Assembly: GCF_001194135.2 (NCBI RefSeq)
Contig: NC_068994.1
Span: 26,314,309-26,349,901 of the forward strand
From: Octopus bimaculoides
Lineage: Eukaryota
Length of the DNA: 35,593 nucleotides
Reading direction: 5' to 3'
Both the position numbers and the translations under genes were made by a program. Positions 33,714 through 35,593 of this stretch are shown piece after piece. The first letter of the stretch is position 1, and every line of letters starts with the position of its first letter. Under the pieces are notes generated by a model. That model had not been told where the DNA came from. It searched no databases and was given only the letters and a program-made list of their open reading frames with translations.

Positions 33714-33968
33714 AAATTAATGACAAGCAAGAACTTCAACAATTTTCGATAACAATTTTCAACAACAATTCAACTTACAATATCTCCACTCTCAAACACA
33801 ACCCCAGCTTGAAATCATGAATGCAAACTCAAAAATTTCTCTACTCAACTACTAACTACTCTCGGGCTTACTCTACTCATAAGGCTCTCTGTGTATATCC
33901 ATTTTTATTGTGGCATAGTCCGTTAGGAGCTAACCCATAGGGGTATTATACTTTCACGCAACAGCTTG

Positions 33969-34222
33969 ATAGCGAGTGGGACCTCAGAAGTGTAAAATCC
34001 AAGTGAGGTATATAATGCCAGCTACTCTCCATGATATCTTGATTAGATTAAAGGTTACATTGTTGCAAGGAGATACATGTTGACGCAAAGAAGATTAAGT
34101 CAGAATGTATGGATGGCACAGTATGAGAGGGGTGTATAAATGTGGGGATATCCTAGGCCTGAAGAGTAGACGGCGCATATACCTCACTTGAATTTTACCA
34201 ATTCTGAGGTTCCACTCTCTAT
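33969..34222. mobile_element. MITE-like element with ~45-bp imperfect TIRs
   Basis: atagcgagtgggacctcagaagtgtaaaatccaagtgaggtatat (33969-34013) matches the reverse complement of 34177-34222. Confidence 0.75.
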
Positions 34223-34227
34223 GAAAC

Positions 34228-34229
<2 letters not shown>

Positions 34230-34280
<51 letters not shown>

Positions 34281-34296
34281 CATATATATATATGTA
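34230..34296. repeat. (TA)n microsatellite
   Basis: Direct reading. Confidence 0.95.
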
Positions 34297-35514
34297 CACA
34301 GACATAATAAAAGTAAATAGACACCTTTATAATCGTTAAAAAATTTATTTAAAACTGAAATTATACATTCAAAATTATTTAGTAATTATTATAATGTGAA
34401 TATCTAATATTTAGTAGATATGCTCTTTGCATTTTTCAATGCAAGGACTCCATTATGCATGCTACTGATCAGATGGCGAATATTCTAGAGGAATTTCTTT
34501 CCAAGTTGCATACAGTAATCTCAAGAGATCTGGCTTTGAGGATGCTTTCTTGTTCTTTTTACGAAATGTCCTATCAATTATCGCCCAGAGGTGTTCAATA
34601 GAGTTCATATCTGGTGATTAGCTTCGCCAGGGTAGTTTTTTACTGCCATTCTCTTCCAACCAATCTTGGATTTTTTAGCTGTGTGACAAGGAGTCTCATC
34701 TTCCAATAAATAAAGTCTTCAATTATTTCACCACAGGAGAAGATTAAAATAAGTCCTTTCTGGAATATGGACACATATTTATCCGAGTTTATGTTTCCCT
34801 TACACTAAATTGCTCCAAATTGCTCCCCAGACCATCACAGAATAGTTACCGTATTTTATTGTTGGCTGCAATCTTTTCACGTCAAATTCTTGATCAATGA
34901 GTCTCTAGACCCACACCCGACCACTGTCTGAAAATACAGGAAATCTGGACTCGTCAGAGAATATGGGAGTGTTCCAAAATGCTAGTGGCTCCTCTACCAT
35001 CTCACTTGCCCTCCGCTTGATATTAGCTGGTCGGAGAAATAGCTTCCTTCTTCCTGCTCTACCGTAGTAGCCACGTTTGTGGAGATACCTGATAGCTGTT
35101 CTGGGACTGACATAAATTTGTTTTGCTATTTCAGAGGCCTTGCAATGAGGATTATCCTCCACACTTCTCTTAACAAAGTGAAGGGTCCTGTCAGGGGGCC
35201 CTGGTCGACTTGGATGAGGTGATATCGACTCTTTCTCCTCTCTGGTGAATTACATAATCATTCTCTTAACTGTAAAAGCGGGATCCCAAGGTTTTCTGCG
35301 ATTTTATGCTAAGTCCATCTTCAGATTGACCCACTGTACGGTCTATGAAATTCGGACAAATCCAAGGCTTCTTTTGTACGTGGCATGATTAAACAGTCAC
35401 ATATAGAACCTGAAACATAAAAATGTCAATTCATAAAAATATAAAACTCTTGAAGTTAAAATAAACATAAAACGATGTTTTATGGGAAGTCTATTTAATT
35501 CTGTCATGTCTGTG
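34297..35514 (-). mobile_element. Full-length decayed Tc1 element (26-bp TIRs, TA target duplication)
   Basis: TA|cacagacataataaaagtaaatagac ... gtctatttaattctgtcatgtctgtg|TA (22/26 match). The frameshifted transposase runs from ATG 35386 (MPRTKEALDLSEF) through IFSDESRF and EDETPCHTA, with a WxxQSPDMNPIEHLW-like block, to a stop at 34404. Confidence 0.9.
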
Positions 35515-35593
35515 TAAATATGTGTGTGTGTGCATGTATGTATTTGTATAAATGTCTATGTATGTATGTATATGTATATATATATATATATAT

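Noticed and set aside
1-35593. CRISPR arrays, rRNA or tRNA genes, bacterial operons
   Set aside because: No regularly spaced repeat-spacer units and no rRNA- or tRNA-like folds were seen; the tRNA-like boxes belong to SINE heads.

Overview
This is eukaryotic, AT-rich, repeat-dominated DNA. The (TA)n/(CA)n/(GA)n microsatellite density, the microsatellite-flanked assembly gaps and the SINE/RTE families suggest an octopus-like cephalopod genome (inference). No host protein-coding gene can be supported. Most ORFs in the track are microsatellite or N-run artefacts. The recognisable coding pieces are decayed transposons: piggyBac, two Gypsy fragments, Tc1/mariner fragments plus one full-length Tc1, an RTE LINE and truncated relatives, an RLE-type (R4/Dong-like) LINE, Penelope-like RT fragments, Helitron-like ends, and two related gag/ORF1-like Zn-knuckle elements lacking RT. 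The most notable signal is not in the ORF track: six type I hammerhead-ribozyme-like motifs (3840-3919 +, 7027-7080 -, 7436-7489 +, 10365-10424 +, 11085-11158 -, 12428-12488 +). Five of them lie in short non-coding repeat units arranged head-to-head at three loci. One locus implies a 472-nt tandem monomer with one hammerhead per unit, and two motifs share a non-canonical CCGANGA core. This pattern fits Penelope-mobilised retrozyme-like or pseudo-LTR elements. All alignments and folds were done by eye and need computational and experimental confirmation.
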